From positions 224,001 to 288,000 of the IMG/VR virus record IMGVR_UViG_3300027740_000003: a stretch of 64,000 bases of DNA; one strand, written 5' to 3'. Position 1 is the stretch's first letter, and each line of letters begins with the position of its first letter. This document shows positions 18,315 to 28,737 of this stretch, piece by piece. The notes below the pieces were generated by a model. That model was not told the DNA's origin. It ran no database searches and saw only the letters and a list, made by a program, of their open reading frames with translations. The stretch is from a virus. Taxonomy: Duplodnaviria > Caudoviricetes. Position numbers and translations under genes: made by a program.

Positions 18315-21300
18315 TTACTCTATTATATTAATTGTTGCTTTTGCGTGAGCTGGTTTTAATGTCAAAATTAGCTCTCTTAGTATTTGGTTTATTTTTGCAC
18401 TGCCAGAAACAATATCAAAAGAATCAATTACATTAAGAATAAAACTAAATATTCCATATTGTTCATCTCTTAAAATTGCAAAGTCTTCATTTTCTGCAAA
18501 TATTTGGTCAAAGTTCATTAAATATAATGTGTAAAGATCTTCGACCACAGGTCTTACTATATCAATGTTTGATTGATAATTTTCATCTATCGGCACTCCG
18601 GCAGAAACAAGTGGAGCTCTTGCAATATTACTAATCTTCAAATTGTCAAATCTTGCAGCTGCTAGACTATAACTCCGATAAGTTGAACCAATATATAATT
18701 TATTAACCATATCTAGGAAGTCTATATTGGCTATCAATTTAGAACTATCTATACTAGCCCCTTCTCCAAACACAATGCCTGAACCAAATACAAACCCTTG
18801 GCCAAATCTAATTGAAGCTTGTTCCCTTCCATCAACAAACATTCTTAACTCATCAAGGTTATCTCTACGGTTAAATTTAAATGTTGCACAAATTCTGTGC
18901 CATGTATCTCTTTGCCAAAATATTGGTTGTCGTACTTCAAACACATTATTATCCGCATAAACTCTAAAGTTTACGTATCCATATCTATCCTTAAATATAG
19001 AAATTCTATCTCCATTAAAACCACTAGAAATATATGAGATTTTAACTGGTGTTCTTGCAGATGGCAGAGCTGTTCCTAAATGAACAGTCATATAATCATT
19101 AGCAATACTTCCTCCCGCATAATACTCTTTTCCAATTTCATTAACATCAGTTAATAACCTTACACTTAATACTTGGTTTATTCTTCCTGCTGTTTTGATG
19201 GTTGTAGGCGTTAGACTTACGATCTCTTCAATAACAGAAGATGTAGCATCAAAATAATATCTTTCTACCGGATCATTATATGTATCGAACCGCGGGCTTA
19301 TCCAAAATTCTATAGTTCCTTCCGATTTTGTTGACAAATAACCATTATTATCTATAACAAATGGCCTTTCTGTTATTACTAAACTTTGATTGAAATATTC
19401 ATTTAAACTAGCAGATGACTGTAAATATTCTTTATAAAACATTTTATAAATGCTGGCTTCATTTGTAAATAACAAATCATCGAAATGAAGAAGCATTAAT
19501 GTATTTTGATCTGGTCTAAAAGCTCTTAGAGTATTAAAATCGGTCGTAATTGTGTCTTCTGTTGCGGCAGCAGTTTCTCCAATTCTAATATCTGTTAGCA
19601 TGGTGGACAATACTTTAAATTCATCTATTACCGCTTTTGCTTGATTTGTTCCATTAAAGTCAGATCCAATATATCCCATATGTCCATCAACATTAGTAAA
19701 GGGGATCTCTAACCAAGCAGCATAATCAAACTCATATCTTCCTTGAGGAAGATCATATGGGGTTCCAATAGAACCAGCTAATTCAAACATAAAGAAACCG
19801 TTTTGGAACCCCGACCTTCCAATGGTAGCATTATATACTTTAAACACACCGCTGGTAAATACTACTCCAGGAACAGGATCTAATAAAATAGTTCCATCAA
19901 CATACACTTCATCAATTGTATACGTTCCGGCAACAGACAATGGAGAACTGATAACAATATAATTTCCAACATCTGTGTCTATAAAATGTCCACCTGAAAC
20001 AATAGTTCCATCAGCACTAGCTAGATTGTTTCCACTCTTCTCTTGAAATGTAAATCTGATTATTGGGAACGCATTATTACCATCCGGATCAGTTAAAGAA
20101 TAAGCTTCCTTTACCTCAATAGATGTAGTGTATTTATTAATTATAACTGGCACAACGGTTATAGTAATGTCAGAAATTGTCATCCACCAATATGTAGTTG
20201 TTATTGTGGTTGCCGAAGTAAACGCTAGAGTTTCGGTTGCTCCTCCAGAGGACGTTCCTGTAATGACAACTTGTACCGGAGTAGTAAAATCAACATTATC
20301 GCTGGTTATTCTAACAGCTAATCTCCTTCCTTCAACGGTATTAGATACTGCCGTTGGAACAATTCCACTTATTACCGCTGGAGAAGATGAAGCATACCCG
20401 TCATATAAAGGCAATATTATCGAATAAACATCAACCTCGTCAAGGTTTATTGGAGGAGGCATTTGTGTTTTAATAATACTTACATAACCATCACTGCTGC
20501 TTCCCCATAAATAAACATTATCCCTGCACCTTCTATGATTGATTCCGAGCGTTCTTATATATATTTGATCTCCAATATCTGCGGGACCATAAAGTTGTAA
20601 AACCGTTTGTAATAAAGCGTTCTTGTAAACTCTATATGCTGGGAAGTTAGCCCTCTGTCCAGCAATTTCTGTTTCAACATATCCGTCATATAACGAAACC
20701 GCAATATTAGCAGACAAATTTACCTCATCAGATACAACTGCCGAGAAGGGATTAATTGAATATCTGGCATCATTTAGTGTTGTATATGACGGCTGGTCTA
20801 ATGTAAGTGTATGTCCGCTTACAATAGTAATGTTTGCGTCCACAAATCCCAGTTCTAATATAGAAATAGTATTTCCTGGTACAACGCCATCAATAGCAAA
20901 ATTTATTGTTGGAGAATATACTGTATATGTTCCAGCAACTGTTTGTAAATCATCTCCACGGAATATTTGATTTGAAATTGTTCCTACTACGATTTCTGGT
21001 TTGACTATCCTAAACCTATCACCAGTGGCAACAATTGGTCTTCCACCATACTTTAATATATTAGGAACTTCAACTCCATCTATAAATAGATGTAATTCGT
21101 CTGCCCGGTCATATGTATCTATTTTCCAAGCCGTTGAAACCAAATGTGTTTGTCCTGATTGCCAACTTGAAATATCAGCACTTACTTTATATAATCTATA
21201 ATTACTATCAAATACTTCAAAATTAAGATATCCTTTTCCATCTTTATAAATAGACATCCTATTTTTTGCCTTGGTTCTTCTTGCAGATATCTCAGCAGGA

Positions 21301-24300
21301 TGTTCTCTTCGTGAAGTAATGGTTCCAATAAGACCAGTCGGAACCTCTACAGGTTCTGCCATATCAAATAGATAATGAGAATCATCCGACATGAAAGTTA
21401 TTCCGTCAAAAGAATATCCGTCTACATAACCATCTCCAGTCGTATATCCGTCATATGATACATCGTTCCCCAAATTCCATTCAAATTTAATCTCGTTAGT
21501 TATGCTTCTTAAAATATCACCCGATTCTCCAAGATCTTGAATAAACTTGACATCATAAAATTCACCAGACGTAAATACTTTGCCAGAATACTCATGGGAA
21601 ACAGTTGTAATGTCTTTTGCCAAGAAATTCCAGCGTTTAGTTGTATCATCATAATATATAAACACACCACTGTTTGATAGATAAATTGCAGAAGGAACGC
21701 CAACAGGACTTAGATCATCTAATCTATTTACTGTAAAAGATCCATTTGTTATTGTTGGATGATGGCTGCCTGATCCAATATAAATATTATTAGATGACAC
21801 TGCATATCCGTCCAACATCAAATTAACAAAAGTTAATGTCGCATCATTATCTAAACCATCCCATTCTGGGATAACAAACATTTCCATTGTTCCTTCACTG
21901 ATTCTTATATTATCAGAAATTGGAAATGAAATTGTTTGATCTGGTTCGTTTATTAAAATACCGTAATCAAATTTGCCAACTACTAGTTCTGGTTCCCCAG
22001 TATAATTTATTTGATTATTATATAGTGTGCTAATTCCTAGCGTCCAAATATCAAAAATTGATTCTATTATCTCAGGGTCAACTTTTGTTATATTTTTTAC
22101 AAGATTTTTAATTGAAGGAATTGTTGGGCCTTGTGGGAAAGATTGCAAAGCTCCTTTTAATGCATCTCTGTAATTCTCCCTAGGAAGAGAAGTATCAAAA
22201 CTCTGCATTATTGGAAGATCAACTAATGTTCCAAAGTTGGCCAACAAAGCATCACGTAAAGCCCCAACTCTATAAGAGACATAATATTCTGTTCCCTCAT
22301 CAATAGATGTGCTTTCTCTAAAGTCAATAGAGTTATCTCCCCATTCATAACTAACCAATATTTCATCAGCCAAATATGAATAGTCTACGAAATAATCCCC
22401 TCTGTTATAATCAACAACAGGAGTGGACCCTCCATTCAAATTCACATTATAATTAACTGAAACAATGTCCCCAACGACCGGGGCTCCAATACCAGATAAT
22501 GTTAAAACATAGTCAACTATTGTACCGCTTGAATCCCAAAGCTCTACACCATCTGATATTCTTAAAACACTACTTACAGAAACAACACTTATTCCATCAC
22601 TTATAAATGTAAGGTTAACTTCGTTTCCAGCGCTGACAGCACATATTTCTTGAATATTATATCCAGCACTGTCTATTGTTATTATATTGCCACTTATCGT
22701 ACTTCCTGTAGCAAAATTTATCGGATCTGCATTGTTGTTCAAATCATATAAATCAAATATTCCACGGACATCCTTTGGGTTGTCAGAAACAGTTATATTA
22801 TCAGCTACACAAACATATGGCAACGTAGTATCTTCATTTAAAAACCGCTCATCTGATCTGCCAAAAGTATTTGGAATAATTTCTGTATCAGTAAAACTTG
22901 AATAATCAAGCGTAATAGACACTCCAGCATTTGGATTTAAACTATGATAAACTTCAGAAACGCTAATTATATGTTTGTTTTCCGTTGTTATGGCGGCTTT
23001 TTTATAATTAATTGTTCCTAAATCAAAAGTCTGTGCAACAGAAACTCCAACATATACAATGCCATTTATATAATCTACTAAATAATCTCCGACAGTAAGC
23101 TTGTTGATATTTTGAGGAACAGTATATGTTTGACCATCAAAATATAATTCATTTATAAAAATATCATTTCTACTAAACTGTACGCTAGTATTGAAGCTAG
23201 ATCCTATAACATCTTCAGTAGAACTTATTATAGTGTCATTTAATAGCTCTATAGTAAAAATTCTAACCAAAGATACGTTTGTTGTCTCAGAAGATACCAA
23301 AAGCGTTTCATTTAATACATCAAAAAATGTTGCACGTTCTCTGGTTATATCAAATATTCTCGGATATTGATTGGCTGAAAAATATATTGCTGTATCACTG
23401 AATCTATTTACAACATATCTTTCTCCAGTTGTTTCATTATATAATCTAAACACGTTGGTTATAGGATAATGTTCTGTATGTAAAGAAGTAAGAGAATCTA
23501 GTCTATTATCTATTCTTTCATCTAATTCTTCTACATGAACGTTTCCATTGTAATCAGTGCCAGGAACAAAAACCTCTTCGTAATCAAAAGATATGGTTAT
23601 TTCTCTTTCGGCAAGATCTCTTAATGGATTGGCTACTACTTCCATAAGCTCTGGATTATAAGTGTAGTCTAAATTGTTCCTGTATACTTTTCTATAATTA
23701 TAATTCATCACTGGTGGAAATACACCAGTACCATCATTCGTTGTTGCTCCATATACAAATACTCTTCCATTCTCATAATCAATTGCATAATCACCAGGAT
23801 TGCTTGGTAGCCCTTCCATTTTAAATGTAATTTCATTTAAAAAGGCCGGATGTGTTTGTGAGAAAGGAACAACAGATCTTGGATTGAGAAAATCTACGCC
23901 TCCTGAATCTGGTATGTTATCAAGAGTAGTGACTACAGGAGCATAATCTAAAGAAAATTCGGTTATAATTGCGGGAGCAACCTCTCTCAAAACAGGAATA
24001 ACTTCGCTGACAACTACCGTATCTTCACTAATTTCTCTGCCAAGAGACTTGTATTCATATTCTATTATAATTGTATCTCCGGCCACCAGAGGATCTATTA
24101 TGTCTAAAATATCATCACTTAATTTAAATTGATTATTTTCTAATAAAAGATATGTAGAAGCATAATCTGTATCATAAACAGAATTTAATATTTGATAACC
24201 ATACTGTTCAATATCATAATCAACTACGGTTCCATTATAATAATGTATTTCTACTGAAGACAGTTTCGTTGTTGGACTATGATTAACTGTTAACGTCAAT

Positions 24301-25007
24301 CCATCAAATGTTCCAGGTCCAGTACCAGCTATTAGTTGTTCATTTATAACAACCGTCCTCTGTAATGTAATTCTGTCTAATGGGAAACTATCATAATTAA
24401 ATCTTAATGAATTAGAGTAGTTAGATTCATTAAGCCCAACCCTAAGTATTTCAAATGCCCCTTCTTGATTAAGCCTATCAAACGGCCCTGTCCCACGAAT
24501 ATGCTTTTCGTTTTCTACGGTATTATCTAAATAATTGTCGTTTGCTAACTGGCCTATATCACGTAATGCTTTTGATAAAAATTCACCCTGACTCTCTATT
24601 GTCTTTGATACAAGATTTGTTCCATCTAAATTATATATATTGTCTTTTAAATATTGTTTAAGAGTGTCTGTAATTGTATTGTCTTGTGCCAACCCTTGAA
24701 TAAAAGCAATATTATTTTTACCATCTTCTAATAAGAATTCGTTTCCAGATTCCGATCTAAATCTTTGTGTTTGCGAAGACTGAAATGTAATTTTATAAGA
24801 AGCATAAGGTGTAAGATAATTTGTTGTAATATACAATAAATCTTCTTTTACCAACAAATCTAAAACTTCTGGTTTCGGTAATGAAGACAATATTGGTTCT
24901 ACATCTATGTTAGACGTATTTATAAGAGTATCTAATGAAGCAGAAAATTCTGCCCTGACAGCATTGTTAGCATTTACTCTTATTCTGGTTAATCTAAGAT
25001 TTGCCAT
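18315..25007 (-). CDS. Giant baseplate wedge subunit (P2 gpI / Mu gp48-like termini) with two LamG-like domains
   Basis: RENYRDALKGALQSFPQGPTIPSI and C-terminal LKPAH wedge signatures; LamG elements GTIEFWI, WHRICATF, LRMFVDG, LYIGS, FDNLKIS; directly follows baseplate J. Confidence 0.7.
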   Translation of the reverse strand: MANLRLTRIRVNANNAVRAEFSASLDTLINTSNIDVEPILSSLPKPEVLDLLVKEDLLYITTNYLTPYASYKITFQSSQTQRFRSESGNEFLLEDGKNNIAFIQGLAQDNTITDTLKQYLKDNIYNLDGTNLVSKTIESQGEFLSKALRDIGQLANDNYLDNTVENEKHIRGTGPFDRLNQEGAFEILRVGLNESNYSNSLRFNYDSFPLDRITLQRTVVINEQLIAGTGPGTFDGLTLTVNHSPTTKLSSVEIHYYNGTVVDYDIEQYGYQILNSVYDTDYASTYLLLENNQFKLSDDILDIIDPLVAGDTIIIEYEYKSLGREISEDTVVVSEVIPVLREVAPAIITEFSLDYAPVVTTLDNIPDSGGVDFLNPRSVVPFSQTHPAFLNEITFKMEGLPSNPGDYAIDYENGRVFVYGATTNDGTGVFPPVMNYNYRKVYRNNLDYTYNPELMEVVANPLRDLAEREITISFDYEEVFVPGTDYNGNVHVEELDERIDNRLDSLTSLHTEHYPITNVFRLYNETTGERYVVNRFSDTAIYFSANQYPRIFDITRERATFFDVLNETLLVSSETTNVSLVRIFTIELLNDTIISSTEDVIGSSFNTSVQFSRNDIFINELYFDGQTYTVPQNINKLTVGDYLVDYINGIVYVGVSVAQTFDLGTINYKKAAITTENKHIISVSEVYHSLNPNAGVSITLDYSSFTDTEIIPNTFGRSDERFLNEDTTLPYVCVADNITVSDNPKDVRGIFDLYDLNNNADPINFATGSTISGNIITIDSAGYNIQEICAVSAGNEVNLTFISDGISVVSVSSVLRISDGVELWDSSGTIVDYVLTLSGIGAPVVGDIVSVNYNVNLNGGSTPVVDYNRGDYFVDYSYLADEILVSYEWGDNSIDFRESTSIDEGTEYYVSYRVGALRDALLANFGTLVDLPIMQSFDTSLPRENYRDALKGALQSFPQGPTIPSIKNLVKNITKVDPEIIESIFDIWTLGISTLYNNQINYTGEPELVVGKFDYGILINEPDQTISFPISDNIRISEGTMEMFVIPEWDGLDNDATLTFVNLMLDGYAVSSNNIYIGSGSHHPTITNGSFTVNRLDDLSPVGVPSAIYLSNSGVFIYYDDTTKRWNFLAKDITTVSHEYSGKVFTSGEFYDVKFIQDLGESGDILRSITNEIKFEWNLGNDVSYDGYTTGDGYVDGYSFDGITFMSDDSHYLFDMAEPVEVPTGLIGTITSRREHPAEISARRTKAKNRMSIYKDGKGYLNFEVFDSNYRLYKVSADISSWQSGQTHLVSTAWKIDTYDRADELHLFIDGVEVPNILKYGGRPIVATGDRFRIVKPEIVVGTISNQIFRGDDLQTVAGTYTVYSPTINFAIDGVVPGNTISILELGFVDANITIVSGHTLTLDQPSYTTLNDARYSINPFSAVVSDEVNLSANIAVSLYDGYVETEIAGQRANFPAYRVYKNALLQTVLQLYGPADIGDQIYIRTLGINHRRCRDNVYLWGSSSDGYVSIIKTQMPPPINLDEVDVYSIILPLYDGYASSSPAVISGIVPTAVSNTVEGRRLAVRITSDNVDFTTPVQVVITGTSSGGATETLAFTSATTITTTYWWMTISDITITVVPVIINKYTTSIEVKEAYSLTDPDGNNAFPIIRFTFQEKSGNNLASADGTIVSGGHFIDTDVGNYIVISSPLSVAGTYTIDEVYVDGTILLDPVPGVVFTSGVFKVYNATIGRSGFQNGFFMFELAGSIGTPYDLPQGRYEFDYAAWLEIPFTNVDGHMGYIGSDFNGTNQAKAVIDEFKVLSTMLTDIRIGETAAATEDTITTDFNTLRAFRPDQNTLMLLHFDDLLFTNEASIYKMFYKEYLQSSASLNEYFNQSLVITERPFVIDNNGYLSTKSEGTIEFWISPRFDTYNDPVERYYFDATSSVIEEIVSLTPTTIKTAGRINQVLSVRLLTDVNEIGKEYYAGGSIANDYMTVHLGTALPSARTPVKISYISSGFNGDRISIFKDRYGYVNFRVYADNNVFEVRQPIFWQRDTWHRICATFKFNRRDNLDELRMFVDGREQASIRFGQGFVFGSGIVFGEGASIDSSKLIANIDFLDMVNKLYIGSTYRSYSLAAARFDNLKISNIARAPLVSAGVPIDENYQSNIDIVRPVVEDLYTLYLMNFDQIFAENEDFAILRDEQYGIFSFILNVIDSFDIVSGSAKINQILRELILTLKPAHAKATINIIE

Positions 25008-25008
25008 A

Positions 25009-28000
25009 TCACCTTTGTTCTATATTTATAACCACATCATTTGCTTGTAGATACTGATTTTTTTGAGCTGATATACTTAATACGTTCCCCGCACTTTCCG
25101 AAGTATTAAAATATAATACCCTGGCCCTATCTACTCCTGCAACGCTTTGAGCAACTGCAATTAAATCAGAAGAATCAACCGTGGTATTTAATGCATTTGC
25201 ATTTAACGCACCAATTATTGCATCCTGAACGTTCTGTTTTACTGTCGCTGTATTATTGGTAAACTCTGATAAAACAACTATATTCATTGTAATGTCTATC
25301 AATATAGCTTGAGCTTCTTTTGTTAATACATCTGCTGTTATTGGTCTTGTATTCTCTATTGCTAATTGACTGTCTCCAATAAGTTTATTCAAATTATATC
25401 TTAATGAAATTCTTTCATTTTGTTTCGGGGCCAAATAGTCATAATAAGACTGGTATCTACTTCCAGTATTTGGTTGGTTTAAAGCATAAACTGTTAAGGT
25501 TGCTGCCTGTGATGCTCCTGAAGAAAATCCACTTGAAATAATTATAGAATTAACTATAGCAAATATTTTATCCGTATATAACGTTCCACTCTTTGAGAAA
25601 GATACATTTTCAATATCGCTATCTAGTGTATAATAAAAAGTAATTCTAACTTTATTACCAGCCTCTGGAGGATTAGCTTCATTTGTAATTGTTGCCGGCA
25701 GTCTGAATTCATTATATGTAAGTACGTTTCTTCCTTGACTTATCGCAATTGTTGTACTATCCTCAATTGATTCACTTCTAAAATATGTATTGTCTCTTAA
25801 AATATATCCTTTAATATCATATTCTTGTTCAACACTAAGAACATCGTTGCCAGTTGTCGCTTCAACCTTTTCTACAGACACAACTCTTGCAACTTTCAAA
25901 TTGCTTGGAATTGATTCTGTAGAATTTAATCCTAAAGACGCTCTTATTGCCACTCCTAGATTTATTGTAAGTTCCTGATTTAATTGCGGAGCCACAGCAA
26001 ATACTGCATCTTTTACTTTATGAATAGTTGTTCCAGTTATTGTAAATATGCCTGGTGAAATTGATCCGGATACGCTTAATACTAAACTGCTTGGTGCTTG
26101 ACGCAAATTTTGTATTGCAACAAATGTTGATGGTTGACACCCTACCCCTACAGCAGTTAATGTATCAAAAGCATTTAAATTCTTTAAAGCAGGAAGATTT
26201 GCTAAAACAGTTGCTGGAAGTAAAGTTTTAATATTTGCTATATAATTTGCCTCAACAATATATCCATCAGCAGCATCTGTTGATGGAACAATTGTAATTA
26301 TATTATTATCAAAACTACCTTGAAGCCCAGTAGCATTATACACATCTATATAATTATAAATAACATCTACTAATTGCCCGCTACTACCTAAACCATCTGT
26401 TGGTAAAAAGATTGTGAACCCAGTAAATGTTCCATCTGCTACGCTAGTATTCCACAAGTCTGTTCCGTCTACTAATCTAACTATAGAAACAACATTTTGA
26501 ACGGCCAGTGGCACAACAACAGCAGACCTTCCATTTATTGACGTAATTATACCAGAATAATTTCTTGTAGTGTTTACAGACACTACAGCAGAAACCGGAT
26601 GAGCAACTGTAGCCAATAACACAGATCCAGAAGCAGACAATGTTGCCTCTTCTCTCCTAACTGCATTAGAATATCCCCAATCAACACTGTCTAATACATC
26701 ACGTGGATTAGGATTAATATTTGATATTCTTCCGTCAAAATCTATAAATGGATCGAATTCTTTAATCCAAGTATAATCAACTTGTAATATATCGCTTATT
26801 GATGGTAAACTGCTTCCGGATATCGTTATCCTTCCAGTATTATTGACATCACCTGTTCCATCTGGGTTCTGACTGGTTATTACGTATCTCTCGCCAGTTG
26901 TTGCATTAAATACTCTGGTGACGTTAGTGATGGGCACATGCGCAAGCTGAATAGACGCTCTATTGGTTCTGTTTACAGAGCTGTTCTCATTTACTACATT
27001 TATCCTTTGTTTACTGGAGCTGATATTAACAATATCAGTAAACGATAACGTATCTTGCCCATTAAATATTCCTTTTGTCTTATCTTCTGATAAATCTTCT
27101 ATAGTATCAGATATCCAACGTAATTTATCAAACCCCCAAGCGGAACCAGCATATGCTCCAGTGTCTTTAACAAGCTCATAATTGCCAGAAATTCTGCCAA
27201 GAGAGTCTACAGATTTCTCTTTAAAATTGTTTCCACTGACAGAACCGCTTATATTAAGAATATTATTTACAGGCTGGTTTGGTAAAATACCCGTTTCTAG
27301 ATCGTCTAGTCTTTTCCTAGTGACGGTTTTACCTGCGTCAGCTGGTATCTGCCCAATAACATAATCATTTGCAATGTTATCAGGGCTTCCAGTGTTGCTT
27401 TTATCTATATAGATAAAACTTTCTATAATTTCTTGCAATCTAGTTCCATAAACAATAACATCTACTCTTCCACCAGTCCCTTCTGATATTATTGTTCTTT
27501 CTCCCGTTTCCGGATTAACATAGACTTGAGTTCCATCTCTGGTCATTAGGTCATCACCAGGCTCAATAACTAAAGCGTCTAAGGCGGCTGGGTCAGTCAA
27601 CACGGCGTTTCTGTATCCTAAAGAGGTTCCCGTATTAGACCCGGAGAAAACCGCTAGCATACGGCTCCTAAACGCCGCATCATCCTCTGCTAATGTCCCC
27701 CCGCTAAACGATACCACATTCGTTATATTCGATATTCCCGTTATAGAAACATTTCTTAAACTATACTTTGATATATTCCCCTGTAATCCGGCTATTGAAC
27801 ATTCTGTTAATACTTCGACGGCATAAATGTCTGTAATTCCAGCGGTATCCAATTCTGCTCTATATTGTGAAGCAATTGCTCGATAATTATTTGCTAAAGA
27901 CTGACTAATAACAAATGATGACTTAATTAAAAAAGATGTTCCATTACGGGCACTTACAACATCTCCTCTATTTACTGGTATATTAGCATCAATAGAATTA

Positions 28001-28281
28001 AAAGTAAGAAGTGCTGGCCCGGTAGATTTTGTACCAGTTTTTCTAGTAAGTCCAAAGTTTGCGCCCAATTTATCTAGGTCAGCACCCAAAGCAAGCCTAA
28101 TAGATTGTAAAGTAGATATCCGTTGTAATTCCTGATATAGTCTAGATAATTGTGCTGCGGGGGCATCTACAAGAAGATCTCTAGAAACAGTTCCAGGTTT
28201 TGTGTCCAAATCCGGCTGAGCTGTTCTAAAAAAATCAAGCAATGATAAAATAATTTCGTTTTGGGACCTAATCCTTACCAT
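25009..28281 (-). CDS. Baseplate J-like wedge protein (P2 gpJ / T4 gp6 family), expanded
   Basis: LGADLDKLGANFGLTRK..TKSTG, GNI...ITGISNITN..SFSGG..AEDDAAFRSR...GT..GY, C-terminal VAGVDRARV. Confidence 0.88.
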   Translation of the reverse strand: MVRIRSQNEIILSLLDFFRTAQPDLDTKPGTVSRDLLVDAPAAQLSRLYQELQRISTLQSIRLALGADLDKLGANFGLTRKTGTKSTGPALLTFNSIDANIPVNRGDVVSARNGTSFLIKSSFVISQSLANNYRAIASQYRAELDTAGITDIYAVEVLTECSIAGLQGNISKYSLRNVSITGISNITNVVSFSGGTLAEDDAAFRSRMLAVFSGSNTGTSLGYRNAVLTDPAALDALVIEPGDDLMTRDGTQVYVNPETGERTIISEGTGGRVDVIVYGTRLQEIIESFIYIDKSNTGSPDNIANDYVIGQIPADAGKTVTRKRLDDLETGILPNQPVNNILNISGSVSGNNFKEKSVDSLGRISGNYELVKDTGAYAGSAWGFDKLRWISDTIEDLSEDKTKGIFNGQDTLSFTDIVNISSSKQRINVVNENSSVNRTNRASIQLAHVPITNVTRVFNATTGERYVITSQNPDGTGDVNNTGRITISGSSLPSISDILQVDYTWIKEFDPFIDFDGRISNINPNPRDVLDSVDWGYSNAVRREEATLSASGSVLLATVAHPVSAVVSVNTTRNYSGIITSINGRSAVVVPLAVQNVVSIVRLVDGTDLWNTSVADGTFTGFTIFLPTDGLGSSGQLVDVIYNYIDVYNATGLQGSFDNNIITIVPSTDAADGYIVEANYIANIKTLLPATVLANLPALKNLNAFDTLTAVGVGCQPSTFVAIQNLRQAPSSLVLSVSGSISPGIFTITGTTIHKVKDAVFAVAPQLNQELTINLGVAIRASLGLNSTESIPSNLKVARVVSVEKVEATTGNDVLSVEQEYDIKGYILRDNTYFRSESIEDSTTIAISQGRNVLTYNEFRLPATITNEANPPEAGNKVRITFYYTLDSDIENVSFSKSGTLYTDKIFAIVNSIIISSGFSSGASQAATLTVYALNQPNTGSRYQSYYDYLAPKQNERISLRYNLNKLIGDSQLAIENTRPITADVLTKEAQAILIDITMNIVVLSEFTNNTATVKQNVQDAIIGALNANALNTTVDSSDLIAVAQSVAGVDRARVLYFNTSESAGNVLSISAQKNQYLQANDVVINIEQR

Positions 28282-28305
28282 GAATGTTTTCCTCTATTTA
28301 ATGCC

Positions 28306-28737
28306 TCATAATGCAACGTCTAAAGTGGCTTCTGATCCTCTAAGGCCTTTTGATAAAACTTTTACTGTAATTGTCCAATAAGTTGGGTCCGTAATATTTC
28401 TTCTAATAAAAACAGACTGTATTGCTGCAAGCATTTCTCCTGCTGTTATTCTTTGTCCACTGGCAGCCTGTTGTTTTTGTAGCTTTTGTAATGTTTCTAA
28501 ATTAGAACTTATAATTTGTTTAATCATTGTATCGATAAATTTCTTATCTAATACTTGTCCAATTGATGCGTCTGTAAGAGGAGAGCCGTACCAAGGGAAA
28601 GATACATTTGATCCCAGTGGCGTCATAAGTATTTTTAAAATATCTTGAATTAATTTTTCTAAATCATTTATTTGATCAAGATCTCCATCTTGTCCTATTA
28701 CTAAATCACCATTATTAATTCTTAAATCAAATGACAT
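28306..28737 (-). CDS. Baseplate wedge / sheath initiator (gp25, gpW-like)
   Basis: DL..NNGDL...L.QDILKILMTPLGSN..FPWYGS; size and position just upstream of baseplate J. Confidence 0.82.
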   Translation of the reverse strand: MSFDLRINNGDLVIGQDGDLDQINDLEKLIQDILKILMTPLGSNVSFPWYGSPLTDASIGQVLDKKFIDTMIKQIISSNLETLQKLQKQQAASGQRITAGEMLAAIQSVFIRRNITDPTYWTITVKVLSKGLRGSEATLDVAL

